Positions 52,357-62,600 of a DNA stretch of 64,000 bases are shown here, one piece after another (positions within the stretch are counted from its first letter, which is position 1; each line of letters opens with the position of its first letter). The translations under genes were made by a program, and so were the position numbers. The notes beneath the pieces were generated by a model. The model was not told the DNA's origin. It saw only the letters and a program-made list of their open reading frames with translations, and did not search any database. The stretch is from Polyangiales bacterium (lineage in GTDB: Bacteria; Myxococcota_A; Polyangia; Polyangiales; Houyiibacteriaceae). The stretch is from assembly GCA_045106895.1 (NCBI GenBank), contig JBGCFM010000100.1, positions 32,001 to 96,000 of the forward strand. The letters run 5' to 3'.

Positions 52357-54012
52357 ATGTCCGCCCCACGCCAAGAGCGCCGCAAACGAGAGCGGCATGT
52401 CACTCATCAGAGGGCGTCCGCGGTTCCACCACCTCCAGGGCCTCCACAGCCACGCAAGGCCAAGAAGGCGGCGAAGACCGTCGCCCGCCCCCAGGTTGCC
52501 GCCGACGATGGCATCCTGGCGGACGTTCTTGAACCTACCACCTCGCTCCTCGACGAAGACGAGTGGTCTTTTCGCGAGCCCAAGTGGCGTATCCACGACC
52601 GAACCCATCTCGAGTTCGCCGTGGACTACGAAATCCCCAAGGAACAGAAGAAGGAAACCTACGTCTGGGAGGCGTACTTCTTCATTCCTCGCAGCTTGAA
52701 GGTCAACAGCGACACCTTTGAAAAGCGGCACATCTACCGCGACCTGCAGTCCTACGTGCGCCTCGCCCTCCCGGCGATGCCCCTCGCCGAAGTGGCGGAG
52801 CTTCCCAAGAGCCGAATACAAGCGGCGCTTGCGGACAACACCCTTGGTATTCAGGAACTTCGCCTCTTCGCTTGTCAGCTCCGGCGGTCCGCGTCGGAGG
52901 CTCTTCGCACGATTCGAAAAGACATCGAGCGAGGAGACCTGGACGAACTTGAGCCAACCTGCACATCCTTTGCCGTGCTCCTCCGCGACTTGCTCGCGGC
53001 CTTTCGCGAAGTGATTCCCTCCGCCGTCCACGAAGAGACTCGCATCACCGCGAGCTGGATCGACGAAGACTGTTCACGCATTGTCGAGTCAACGCTGGGG
53101 CAACTCAGTATCCTTCTACGCCGCAGCGGTCACGAGAGACTCGCCGCCACCGTCGCCGGCGGCGCCGTGGAGGAGGCCGTCTATCGGCGAGACAATGACG
53201 TGGGCAGCGTCGGATATGGGGACTCCGACAAACGCGACGTCGAACACCTGGAGTTTCGTCGCCACCTCCTCAAACGATTCAGCGCGTCCGTGCTGTGGCT
53301 GCACCGCGAAGTTTCCGAAGCGGGCAAGTGGACGCTCCAGGCGCTCTACGCCATCGCCGCCAGCGTCGCGATGGCCTTCACCGTCGGTGCCGCCTTCTAC
53401 CACGGCACGCCCGACGCGAACGCATTCAATAATCTCTGGAAGTGGGCGACGATCGTCATCCTGGCGTACGCAGGAAAGGACCGCATCAAGGCGACGCTTC
53501 AGGGCGTGTTTACGAAGTGGGTCCACAAGTGGATGCCAGACCGGCGCTGGCGACTCGAAGACCGGCTCAAGCGCATCACCGTTGGAACGGTCCGCGAACG
53601 CTCGGAGTTCCTCAAGAAGAAGGACATTCCAAACGCGGTTCACACCGCCCGTGTCAGTACACATCAGCACCGCCTCGAAGAACAAGCGCGGCCCGAGCAT
53701 GTCCTGTGGCACAAGAAGGACTGCGCCGTGAATGCCGAAGCAGTTCGCGGCATGGACGAGCGCTACGGCGCCATCACGGAGATCTTTCGCCTCAACCTCC
53801 GTGAGTGGCTTGTTCATACGGACAACGCCAAGCAGCGCGCCGTCTTCGCAGACCCGGATGACCAGCACATCTACACGGCGATGGCGCCACGAGTTTACAA
53901 CATCGCCGTGGTCTACCGTCTCCGCTCGTCCACCGATGACGCCGCACCTTGGCGCCGCGTTCGCGTGATTATCTCACGCAAAGGCATCAAACGAATCGAG
54001 CGCGTTCTGTAG
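52357..54012 (+). CDS. hypothetical membrane protein (two TMs)
   Basis: 551-aa ORF with IHD...EF, YFFIP.SL and AY..KDRIK motifs; function unknown. Confidence 0.7.
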   Translation: MSAPRQERRKRERHVTHQRASAVPPPPGPPQPRKAKKAAKTVARPQVAADDGILADVLEPTTSLLDEDEWSFREPKWRIHDRTHLEFAVDYEIPKEQKKETYVWEAYFFIPRSLKVNSDTFEKRHIYRDLQSYVRLALPAMPLAEVAELPKSRIQAALADNTLGIQELRLFACQLRRSASEALRTIRKDIERGDLDELEPTCTSFAVLLRDLLAAFREVIPSAVHEETRITASWIDEDCSRIVESTLGQLSILLRRSGHERLAATVAGGAVEEAVYRRDNDVGSVGYGDSDKRDVEHLEFRRHLLKRFSASVLWLHREVSEAGKWTLQALYAIAASVAMAFTVGAAFYHGTPDANAFNNLWKWATIVILAYAGKDRIKATLQGVFTKWVHKWMPDRRWRLEDRLKRITVGTVRERSEFLKKKDIPNAVHTARVSTHQHRLEEQARPEHVLWHKKDCAVNAEAVRGMDERYGAITEIFRLNLREWLVHTDNAKQRAVFADPDDQHIYTAMAPRVYNIAVVYRLRSSTDDAAPWRRVRVIISRKGIKRIERVL

Positions 54013-56017
54013 TCTGTGTCGCTGTGCTGGTCGCACTCGCGCGTGTCTCGCTCATCGCCAGCGCCCAGAGCGGGAAGTAACGACGATAGAGGCGGTAGTC
54101 CAAGAGGGCCGTTCGGAAGAACACGCCGGTCATCATTGGCGCCGCCCAGTCACCATTCTCGGCCTGCAGAGAGCGCAACGCGCTGGCGGCGGATTCAAAG
54201 GACGAGGCGAAGGCTTGTCCACCTTCGACGAGCGTCATCGCTGCCCAAGCTGTTTGTGTTGGATGAGACGCGTCACCTTCGATGTAGCGATCTTCAAGAC
54301 AGCTGCGCCACGACTCACTGAAGGAGCCGTCGTCACGCTGCTTCGCCGCGACAAAGGAACATGCCTTTTGAATCGCGGGGTCGTCTGGGGTCGCACCCGC
54401 TGCGACCAGACCGCGTACGCCGAAGAGCGTCCCGTAGAGGTAGGCCACGCCCCAAGCTCCGTCCCAGCTTCCGTCGGCGTTTTGTGAGGCACGTAGGTAC
54501 TTCTCCGCACGCTCGATGGCTGCGTCGATGTTCGCGCGCATCATCGCTGGGTAACGACTACGAACCGCAGCGAGGGCCGCCAGGTTCGAAGCCGTGCACT
54601 CGAAGTAGGACAGCTCCGTCATCGAGTCGCCGAACATCTCCGCGGGATTCATCCACTCAAGCCCGGCGCGGACCTTTCGCGACTCATAGGAACCAAAACC
54701 TCCGTCGAAATTCTGCGCCTGCAAAAGGAAGCGTACTCCGGCTTCGATGCGCTGTGGCTTCGGCGTGTATAGCTCCTTCGGCGCTTCGAGGAACGCAAGG
54801 AGCGCCTCTGCCGTGCAGTCGCTGACAGGCCAGCCGTGCCAAATGCCGGCGAAGCAGAAGCCGCCTGTGGGGTCGACGCGATCTTGAGCCGCGTACGCGC
54901 TCACGTCCCCGCCGCTCGGCTTCATGATCTGTTGCGTCTCAAGCCACGCGAGGCCGCGAAGGAGGGCTTCGTCGACGTCGCGTCGTGCGTTTCCTTGCAG
55001 GTTCGCGCGCGCTTCGGAAAGCGCCTGCAGAGCGAATGAGGTGTCCCAGGTCGCGCTACGAGCACCGGTGACACGAAGACCTTCTTCGTCGTCTTCCCAG
55101 ACCCACCCTTTGACCGCCGCGTCGTCTTCAACGTCGCCGCCAAAACGGGCGAGCTGCGCGTGGAGGTCCGAGTCGTTTGGATCCATCGCGTGAAGTGTGA
55201 GCGCAAAGAGCAGCCCATTCACCGGCGAGAGACACGTGTAGTCTGTGCTTCGAAGCTCAAAACGAATGCGTTTGACGAAGCGCTTGAGGAGCCAGCCACG
55301 AAGGCGCGGTGAGTGGAGCCGTTCCGCGACGTTGACCGCCGCGTACACTCCCTTGAGTATCGTGCCCGGCGGCGCCCAGAGATCATTCTCGCGAAGCCGG
55401 CCTCGCGACCCCTGGAAATCTAAGGTCTCGAAACGCCGCCCTGGATAGAGTTCACTCCGCAACTCGTGGGTGAGGTTCGTGATCGGCGCCTGGACCTTCA
55501 GCGAACGAACGCTGGCCATGCCCATGTAGATCAAGCGCGTGTGGCAGTAGTAGTTCGCCGGGTGCAAAGGCACCTTCTCCGGCAGGAGCCAGGCTTCTGG
55601 AGGGACCGCGTTGACGCCTTCCCAGCGGTAGAGGCCTGCGATGGAGAGCCACACCTTGCCCCAGCTCGGGATCGTCAAGGTGTCCTCTCGCTCGAAGAAC
55701 TGCCGGGCGCCAGAGAGCAATGGGTCTGACGCGTCCAGACCGCTCATTCGCGCGGCGACATAGCAGAGCGCGGTCACGAAGAGCGATGCTTCTCCGTGAC
55801 GGTGCATGCCCCAGCAGCCGCTGCCGTCCTCAAGCTGCATCGCCGCCAGCTGCGTGATGAGCCCTGTCCTACGTCGCGGCGGAATCTCCCGTCCCATCGC
55901 ATGCATCGCGATGACATATTGCGCCGCGAGCATGGGATTCCACACCACTTCGCCTTCCCAGTGTTCTCCTTCGTTTCGCAACGAAACAAGGTGAAGGGCC
56001 GCGGTATGAAGCGTCAT
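53987..56017 (-). CDS. osc: 2,3-oxidosqualene cyclase
   Basis: VSDCTAE catalytic motif (not DXDD), YYCHTR, WGK.WL and QW repeats (QNADGSW, QAENGDW). Confidence 0.95.
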   Translation of the reverse strand: MTLHTAALHLVSLRNEGEHWEGEVVWNPMLAAQYVIAMHAMGREIPPRRRTGLITQLAAMQLEDGSGCWGMHRHGEASLFVTALCYVAARMSGLDASDPLLSGARQFFEREDTLTIPSWGKVWLSIAGLYRWEGVNAVPPEAWLLPEKVPLHPANYYCHTRLIYMGMASVRSLKVQAPITNLTHELRSELYPGRRFETLDFQGSRGRLRENDLWAPPGTILKGVYAAVNVAERLHSPRLRGWLLKRFVKRIRFELRSTDYTCLSPVNGLLFALTLHAMDPNDSDLHAQLARFGGDVEDDAAVKGWVWEDDEEGLRVTGARSATWDTSFALQALSEARANLQGNARRDVDEALLRGLAWLETQQIMKPSGGDVSAYAAQDRVDPTGGFCFAGIWHGWPVSDCTAEALLAFLEAPKELYTPKPQRIEAGVRFLLQAQNFDGGFGSYESRKVRAGLEWMNPAEMFGDSMTELSYFECTASNLAALAAVRSRYPAMMRANIDAAIERAEKYLRASQNADGSWDGAWGVAYLYGTLFGVRGLVAAGATPDDPAIQKACSFVAAKQRDDGSFSESWRSCLEDRYIEGDASHPTQTAWAAMTLVEGGQAFASSFESAASALRSLQAENGDWAAPMMTGVFFRTALLDYRLYRRYFPLWALAMSETRASATSTATQTTERARFV

Positions 56018-57331
56018 CTAAACGGCCTTTTGGCGAGCCGTGGTGAGCAACTCTCGAGCGACGTCCAGTTTGACCTGGCCGGCGTCGACAAGCTGTGCCG
56101 CGATGAGGTCCACCTCGTGGTGTTCCGCACCGGCGGCGAGCGCAACGCTGCGTGCGTGGAGCGTCATATGGCCTCGTTGAATGCCTTCAGTCGCCAACGC
56201 GCGAAGCGCACCCATGTTCTGTGCGAGACCCACCGTGGCCATGACCATTCCAAGCTCCGCGGCGGAACCTACGTCGAGGATCTTTCGCAAAACACGAATC
56301 GTTGGGTGCACTTGAGTGCTTCCGCCAACGACACCGACGGCCATGGGCAGCTCGATGCTCCCCATGAGGTAACCATCTTCGCGCCACCACTTGGTGAGAG
56401 AAGTGTAGCGGCCGTCACGAGCGGCGTACGCGTGCGCGCCCGCTTCAACACTTCGCCAGTCGTTGCCCGTGGCAATGGCCACAGCATCGATGCCGTTCAT
56501 CACGCCCTTGTTGTGTGTCGCCGCACGATAAGGGTCGACTGCCGCAAATCGGTATGCCTGCACGATGCCCTCGGCCACCTCGGCGCCGGAGTAGCCGTTG
56601 CCCGCCAAGTGAATCTCTGGAACGCGACAGGAGGCGCGCGCACAGCGGCGGTCCGCCAGGTTCGAGAGGATGCGCAAGTTCACGCGCCCCTTCGTCAGCT
56701 CTTCAATGCGACCCGCAACGCCTTCGGCCATCGCGTTGACCGCGTTGGCGCCCATCGCTTCGCCGCAGTCGACGAGGAGATGAACGACGAGCATTGGGAA
56801 CTCGTCATCGAAGCGCCGGACCTCGATGTCACGTGCACCGCCGCCGCGCTTCTTCATGTTCGGATGAACACGGTCAGCGAGAGTAAGCAGCTCTTCCTTC
56901 GCGTCCTCCAAAGCCTTCACAGCGGCATCGACGTCGGGAAGGTCGAGGACCTGGACCTGACCGATCATCATCGATGGATCGGCAGAACCCGTGAATCCGC
57001 CGGCTTTGCGAACGGTCCGCGCCATGTTCGAGACCGCCGCGACAACACTCGGCTCCTCGACGACCATCGGAATGACGTAGTCACGTCCGTTGAGGTGGAA
57101 GTTCAGACCGAGTCCAATGGGGAGTCCGAAGACGCCCACACAGTTCTCAACCATCTTGTCCGCGCGGCCCACGCCAAGACGTCCACCGTCGCGGAGGACG
57201 TCGAGGTCTTCGCTGGTGAGACCGAAGCGCTTACCGAGTTCGGCGTGACGCTCGCCCACTTCGAGGCGGTAGAAACCGGGGATTCGCGACTCACGTCGCC
57301 GACTGGAGGAGTTGATCGTTTCTTCGGTCAT
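56018..57331 (-). CDS. mvaA: HMG-CoA reductase, class II
   Basis: MVEN, EEPSVVAA, EAMGAN, ILSNL, YRAATHNKG and GIQRGHM motifs. Confidence 0.95.
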   Translation of the reverse strand: MTEETINSSSRRRESRIPGFYRLEVGERHAELGKRFGLTSEDLDVLRDGGRLGVGRADKMVENCVGVFGLPIGLGLNFHLNGRDYVIPMVVEEPSVVAAVSNMARTVRKAGGFTGSADPSMMIGQVQVLDLPDVDAAVKALEDAKEELLTLADRVHPNMKKRGGGARDIEVRRFDDEFPMLVVHLLVDCGEAMGANAVNAMAEGVAGRIEELTKGRVNLRILSNLADRRCARASCRVPEIHLAGNGYSGAEVAEGIVQAYRFAAVDPYRAATHNKGVMNGIDAVAIATGNDWRSVEAGAHAYAARDGRYTSLTKWWREDGYLMGSIELPMAVGVVGGSTQVHPTIRVLRKILDVGSAAELGMVMATVGLAQNMGALRALATEGIQRGHMTLHARSVALAAGAEHHEVDLIAAQLVDAGQVKLDVARELLTTARQKAV

Positions 57332-58476
57332 GCCGACACCTGGTCTTCCGTGGACTTTTTGGGCTTCGAGCTGAGCTTCGTGAGCCCTTTTTCGTCGAGG
57401 TATTCCTGCCATTTACGAATCGTCAGATCTTGGAAAGACCGAACGACGGGGTTGATCTCTGCGAGGGGTTCGTCCCAGAAACGCTCCCAACCCCTTTGTT
57501 CTTCCTCAACAGCGACAGCATCTTCACCAAGGAGTGGTTTGATGGTCAGTTCATTGGCGATTTGCATGAAAGGACGCATCAACGCCTTCGGGATTCGCGC
57601 GGAAGTGAAAGGAACCTTGAAGCTCTTGAAGCAGAAAAGGAAGAACGCGCGTGATGTGCGTTCGTCGATGGGCAGCACGAAGAGCCAATGCTTGATCTGG
57701 TCGTCCGTGTTCGAGAACTGGTAGGGGTACTGGTAACCGAGCTTCATGCTGCTCGTGTCGATGGACTTCCGGTCGATGAAGAGACCGCTGAAGCGGCCCG
57801 TTCCAACCTTCGTGTCGTACTCAAGATGTACCGTGTCCCCGACGGTCTCGTAGCTGAGGAGTTCCGCGTCGGTGAAGGGACGGAAACGTCGATGCAGATA
57901 GGCGTGGGTAAAGTCGCTCACGTTGTCGAGAATCATCGAGTGGTGTGCTTGCCAGGTGGCATCCACGGGAACGCAGGTCCAAGCGTCCGGTCCCTCGAGC
58001 TCTGGAATGCTCGGCATCGGTACGCTTTCTGCGCGCTCCGCGTCACCGAAGAACACCCAAATCAGCCCGTACTTCAGCTTCACCGGCAGGTGAGGAACCT
58101 TGAACTTGGGAAACTTCCGCCCGAAGAGCGAGTGCGGAATGTCTACAACGCGCCCTTCCCCATCGTAGGTCCAGCCATGGTAGGGACAGACAAGGTTGCA
58201 TCCATCGACATGCCCCGTGGAGAGCCGCAGCTGGCGGTGAGCGCAGCGATTTTCGATGGCACGAACGACGTCATCTTCGCCGCGAAAGACAGCGATGGAG
58301 CGCTTCCAAAACACCACCTCTTTGACTTCGCCCTTGGGCAGAGCCTTCTCGTACTCAACGGCGTACCAGTAGTTTGGGTTCATCCCCGCGGAGCGGACCT
58401 TTTGGCGAACGTTCTTTGACTCCTCAAAGGACGGCGGAGGCGTAGCGGATCGAACGTAGGGGTTTCGCTTGCTCAT
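57328..58476 (-). CDS. Rieske non-heme iron oxygenase, probable sterol C-4 methyl oxidase (SdmA-like)
   Basis: CAH...CPYHGW Rieske motif and DNVSDFTHAYLH iron site; SdmA identity inferred from context. Confidence 0.75.
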   Translation of the reverse strand: MSKRNPYVRSATPPPSFEESKNVRQKVRSAGMNPNYWYAVEYEKALPKGEVKEVVFWKRSIAVFRGEDDVVRAIENRCAHRQLRLSTGHVDGCNLVCPYHGWTYDGEGRVVDIPHSLFGRKFPKFKVPHLPVKLKYGLIWVFFGDAERAESVPMPSIPELEGPDAWTCVPVDATWQAHHSMILDNVSDFTHAYLHRRFRPFTDAELLSYETVGDTVHLEYDTKVGTGRFSGLFIDRKSIDTSSMKLGYQYPYQFSNTDDQIKHWLFVLPIDERTSRAFFLFCFKSFKVPFTSARIPKALMRPFMQIANELTIKPLLGEDAVAVEEEQRGWERFWDEPLAEINPVVRSFQDLTIRKWQEYLDEKGLTKLSSKPKKSTEDQVSA

Positions 58477-58487
58477 GACGGGTGTTC

Positions 58488-59588
58488 CTAAGCGTGAATC
58501 GTTACGTGAGGGACGCTCGCCGATGGCGAGTTCGTCGGCTGTGGTGCACGTGCGTTCTTGTTCGTGATGCCGCCTCGACCCCAGTGGAACGCGTAGGCGT
58601 CGGCGAAGGCGTCTTCAATGGAGCCCGGAACGAACCCGAGCTCGTTCTTCGCTTTGGAGGTGTCCGCGTGACGCATCAGACGCAGGCGGCGGATCGCCCC
58701 AGGTGTGAGCAGCTGTGGCGCCTTGGGTCGGAAGCGCGTCATGAAGAAGCTCGTCGCTTCGGCGATGGGAAGCATCAACTGGTTCGGTACGCGGAAGCGC
58801 GGGCGAGGCTGACCGGTGATCTTCTCGAAGATCGCGAAGATGTCGTCGAGCGTCATGAACTTCGTCGCGATGATGTACTTCTGACCCGAGCGTCCCTTGT
58901 CGAGGGCCAGCAGGTGACCTTGAACGAGGTCCTTCGCGGCCACGAACTCGAAGCCGCCATTGACGTAGGCGTTCAACTCCCCGTTGGCGAAACGACAGAG
59001 CGTCCGACCCATGCGGGAAGGCAAGTAGTCATGGCCACCCACCACGGCGCAGCTCGTCACGATGAGAGCGTCCTGTCCTTCAGCGACGGCCTTCAAGACT
59101 TCGTGCTCCTGGAGCACCTTGCTGCGCTCGTAGGGCATCGCGCGGTGGTAGGGGTAGAAACCCATGGACTCGTCCGCCGGGAGGTCCGTCTGGTCGAGGT
59201 CGTATCCAACGGCGGAGAATGACCCCGTCACGATGGTCCGGCGCACGTTGTTCTCGCGTGCGATGCGCAGCAAGTGACGGGTGCCGATCACGTTCGTCTC
59301 GTAGATGGTGCGCCGATGCGCAGCGTCTCCATCAATAGTGGAGACCATCGATGCGACGTGAATGATGTCCCGGACACCCTTGATAGCAGGCGTGAGCGTG
59401 GAGGGGTCGCGAAGGTCGCCGTACGCTTCTTCAACGGGCAATGAACGGATGGCTTCGTTGTTCTCTCCGCGGCGCAGAAGAACGCGAACGCGCTTTCCTT
59501 CTTCGACAAGCTGGTGGACGACGTTCGCACCGACGTGGCCGGCGCCACCTGTCACGAGAATCGGAGCATCTTTTTGGGGTTGGGTCAT
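58488..59588 (-). CDS. extended SDR (3beta-HSD/decarboxylase-like), probable SdmB
   Basis: TGGAGHVG and YERSK motifs; adjacent to the Rieske gene inside the sterol operon. Confidence 0.75.
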   Translation of the reverse strand: MTQPQKDAPILVTGGAGHVGANVVHQLVEEGKRVRVLLRRGENNEAIRSLPVEEAYGDLRDPSTLTPAIKGVRDIIHVASMVSTIDGDAAHRRTIYETNVIGTRHLLRIARENNVRRTIVTGSFSAVGYDLDQTDLPADESMGFYPYHRAMPYERSKVLQEHEVLKAVAEGQDALIVTSCAVVGGHDYLPSRMGRTLCRFANGELNAYVNGGFEFVAAKDLVQGHLLALDKGRSGQKYIIATKFMTLDDIFAIFEKITGQPRPRFRVPNQLMLPIAEATSFFMTRFRPKAPQLLTPGAIRRLRLMRHADTSKAKNELGFVPGSIEDAFADAYAFHWGRGGITNKNARAPQPTNSPSASVPHVTIHA

Positions 59589-59603
59589 AGTCTTCTCTCA
59601 GGC

Positions 59604-62600
59604 TCAGTTCGCGCTCGCGCTGCGCACTTGTTCTTGCGCAGGCAGTTTCCATAGCTGGTCGTAGTGCGCACGAAGCGCAGCGTCGTCTCCGACGCGCGCC
59701 ATGCACTCACCGATAAGTCGTTCCACTTCTTCTCGGGCAATCTTCACCGGCGCGCCGGCGACGAACATAGCGTCGTTGCCCCGCCCGTGTACGAGTGTCC
59801 GAACGGCCATCCAAAGTGGCAGCAAGCAGAACAGCCGCACGGACGTCTGCTCTTTCGGAATCGTCAGCGTGTATTCAAGGGCGCGGTCGAGGTGCTCTTG
59901 TGCTCGGTCAAAGAGGGGTGCGACGGCGGCGTGGGCCGCGTCTCTCTTGTTCTCGTCGACGAGGTTCTGAATCGTCAGTCCGGCGGCTGCACAGGAAGTG
60001 CGGGGCACGTAAGAGACGTGCCGTGTTCGGTCGTCGGTCACATCTTTGAGAATGTTGACGAGCTGAAGACCGAGTCCAAACGCTTCTGCGTTCTTCCGCA
60101 GGTCGAGTTCCAACGACGCGCTCTCCCGCCCGAACTCTTCAACGAAGAGGTCCGTCAACATGTGACCGACGGTACCCGCGACGAAGAAGCAGTAACGCTC
60201 AAGGTCTTCAACGGTATGCATCGCGTTGAACCCATCGGCTTCGTTGCCGCGATGCGAGTAAAGCTGCATGCCCCGAACCATCTCTTCAATCCAGCGGGTG
60301 GCCTTGCGCTGCATCTCGCTTGGGATGGACCGATAGACACGCATCACGACGGAGAGATGGCGCGCCAAATCGGCTTCCGTTTCGTCGCCGCGGACCCCTT
60401 CGAAGAGGCGCTCGAAGCGTTTGACTTCGGCGCTCTCGGGCGATGCCTGCAGAGCGCTGAGGAACACGTGGTAGCGCTCGTCGCGTTCACTCATGGTGAA
60501 GAACGCGTTGTCTTCGATGGTGTCGGCGATACGGCAGAGAAGGTAACCGCACATTACTGCGGAGCGAAGGTCTCCAGGGAGCATCTCAATGGGGCGCGCG
60601 AAGCTTCGTGAGACCGCCAGGAGCGCGTCGTGGCAGTAAGCGTGGTCTGCGGCACTGGCGCGCCCTGCTCTCTGCTTTCCAGGAGCCTGAAGACGCGAAG
60701 TGCGCATGTCGCGGTAAAGCCGAAGCGCCTCACCAGCCAACTCGTCCAGTGAGTCTTCGCTAGAAAGCGACACAAGACACGCCGCGGCGGCGTCGACGTA
60801 GGGCGCGCCGGTTCGCAAAATGGCGCGGGCAACAAGAGTGGTCGTCCGCAAGTCACCGATGCGACCGGTGTCTTGCTGAGCGGCGGCCACGTGCCGAAAG
60901 GCACGGCGAATGCGCGGATGAAAGACCGGCATGCCTGCCGTGACAAGGCATTCGGCGGCGAGAGCTGTTCGTCGTAGATCTCCGAAAGACCCGCTCGCCT
61001 CTTGCTCGCGTTCGAGGCGCTCGCGCAAAGGAATCAGCGCCGACTGCAAGAGACTGGCGCGAAGTCCGGGGAGTTCGGTCGCGACCTCGGCGAGAACGAG
61101 GACGCTCTTGCTCGTTGCTTGGAGGTCGAGGTCAGCCTTCGAGGCAACCTGCGCTGCGACGCGGCGGGCGACACTCTGCGCGAGCGCAACCGTTTCGCCG
61201 AGCGCGGGCCCTCCAATGGAGCGCCGAAGTCGCGTCTCTTCGTCCAGCGCATCACTCGACTCACGCACTCGCGCGATGAGAGCGTCTACATCGACGTCGA
61301 CGGATGCAGGCGCCGGGGCGCGTCCTCGTTCCGGCGCAGCGGGGCGGATTCGAAGGCCCGCAAGGGGATGCGCCGCGGAGCTCTTGTCACGAACGCGTTG
61401 GCGCAACGCCGTGGGCAAAAGGCTCGCCGCCGGCCACTGCGCGAACTCCATGAAGGTGCCGAGTTTGTGGGCTTTCCCGGAAGTGATCTGCCCGGCAGCG
61501 GCGCCCGCCGCCACGCGCACAAACGCAGCGCCAAACTGACCGAGTCGAAGCTCGTCGCCGCCGAGGATGCGCATCGTTCGGTCTCGCTCGGCGCGGCTAT
61601 TTCGCCACGTCGAGTACATCGAGTCGCGGATGGCCACGGCGGCCTCGTCGTCGCGATTAAAGACGTGGTGGAGCGCGTTTGCGAGTAGCTCCGGCGTGTA
61701 GCTGCGGGGCTCACGCTTGGCCGCGTAGCTCGCGGCGTCGTCACTCTCAACGAGGGCGGCGGCGTCCTTGAGCCCGATGGTGATCCCGCTGGCGGTCAGC
61801 GGATGGTAAAAGCCCACGGCGTCACCAACGAGAGCGACGTGTCCTTCTCCGTACGCCGCGCGCGGCGAGAAGCGATTGCACGCCCAGATGAGGCGCTGGG
61901 TCTCAAGAGCGCGCCTGAATGCGCCGCGAAGAGAGACAGGGAAGCGATCGCCGAAGGCTTCCCAGAGGTAGCGCGCGTCCCGCCGTGAACCCGGGTAGTC
62001 GACGGGCACGTCGATGCAGGCGCGTACTCGCCCTGGAGCGATGCGGTAAAGAAGAACCGGACCGGGACCGCCGAGCAACACATGGCCGAACCCCTCGAAG
62101 GGAAGTTCAACGTCCTCGAGCTCAAGCCCCGCCATGTAGGAGACGATGTCGGCGTTGGTGGGTCCGTAGAGGCTCTTGCGAACAACGGACGAGCGACCGT
62201 CAGCACCGACGATGCGCCCCGCATGTACCACGGTCTCGGCCTCACCCTTGCGCTGAAGCGTCACGTTGTGACCCTCAATCTTGGTGACTCGGACCCCTTC
62301 GATGTACTCGAGGCCAGGAATCTCACTCGCCTGTGCGCGTAGACCCGTGACCAGCTCCCCATGCTCACACGTGAAGCCGAGCTGGCGATCCGTATACTCA
62401 AGACGAATTGGATCCGTGCCATCGTCCGGGAACACCGCGAACCCCTCACACGCCAGGTGACCTGCCGTGATGCCGTGGGGAGTCAGCTCAAGTTTCGCCA
62501 GGGCGGCGGCGCCTGCGGGGTGAATCCACTCACCAGCGAAGCGAAAGGACGCTTTGGGATTGGCCTCAACCAGGAGAACGCTCAGGCCGCGTCGGGCAAA

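Noticed and set aside
53987..56017. Squalene-hopene cyclase (hopanoid) interpretation
   Set aside because: Motif is DCTAE rather than DXDD, and an epoxidase is in the same operon.
55796..57724. 642-aa plus-strand ORF
   Set aside because: Antisense shadow of HMGR and neighbours; no motifs; typical of high-GC codon bias.
59604..60650. Phytoene synthase (carotenoid) interpretation
   Set aside because: DTIED-type motif, fusion to an epoxidase and no crt genes nearby.
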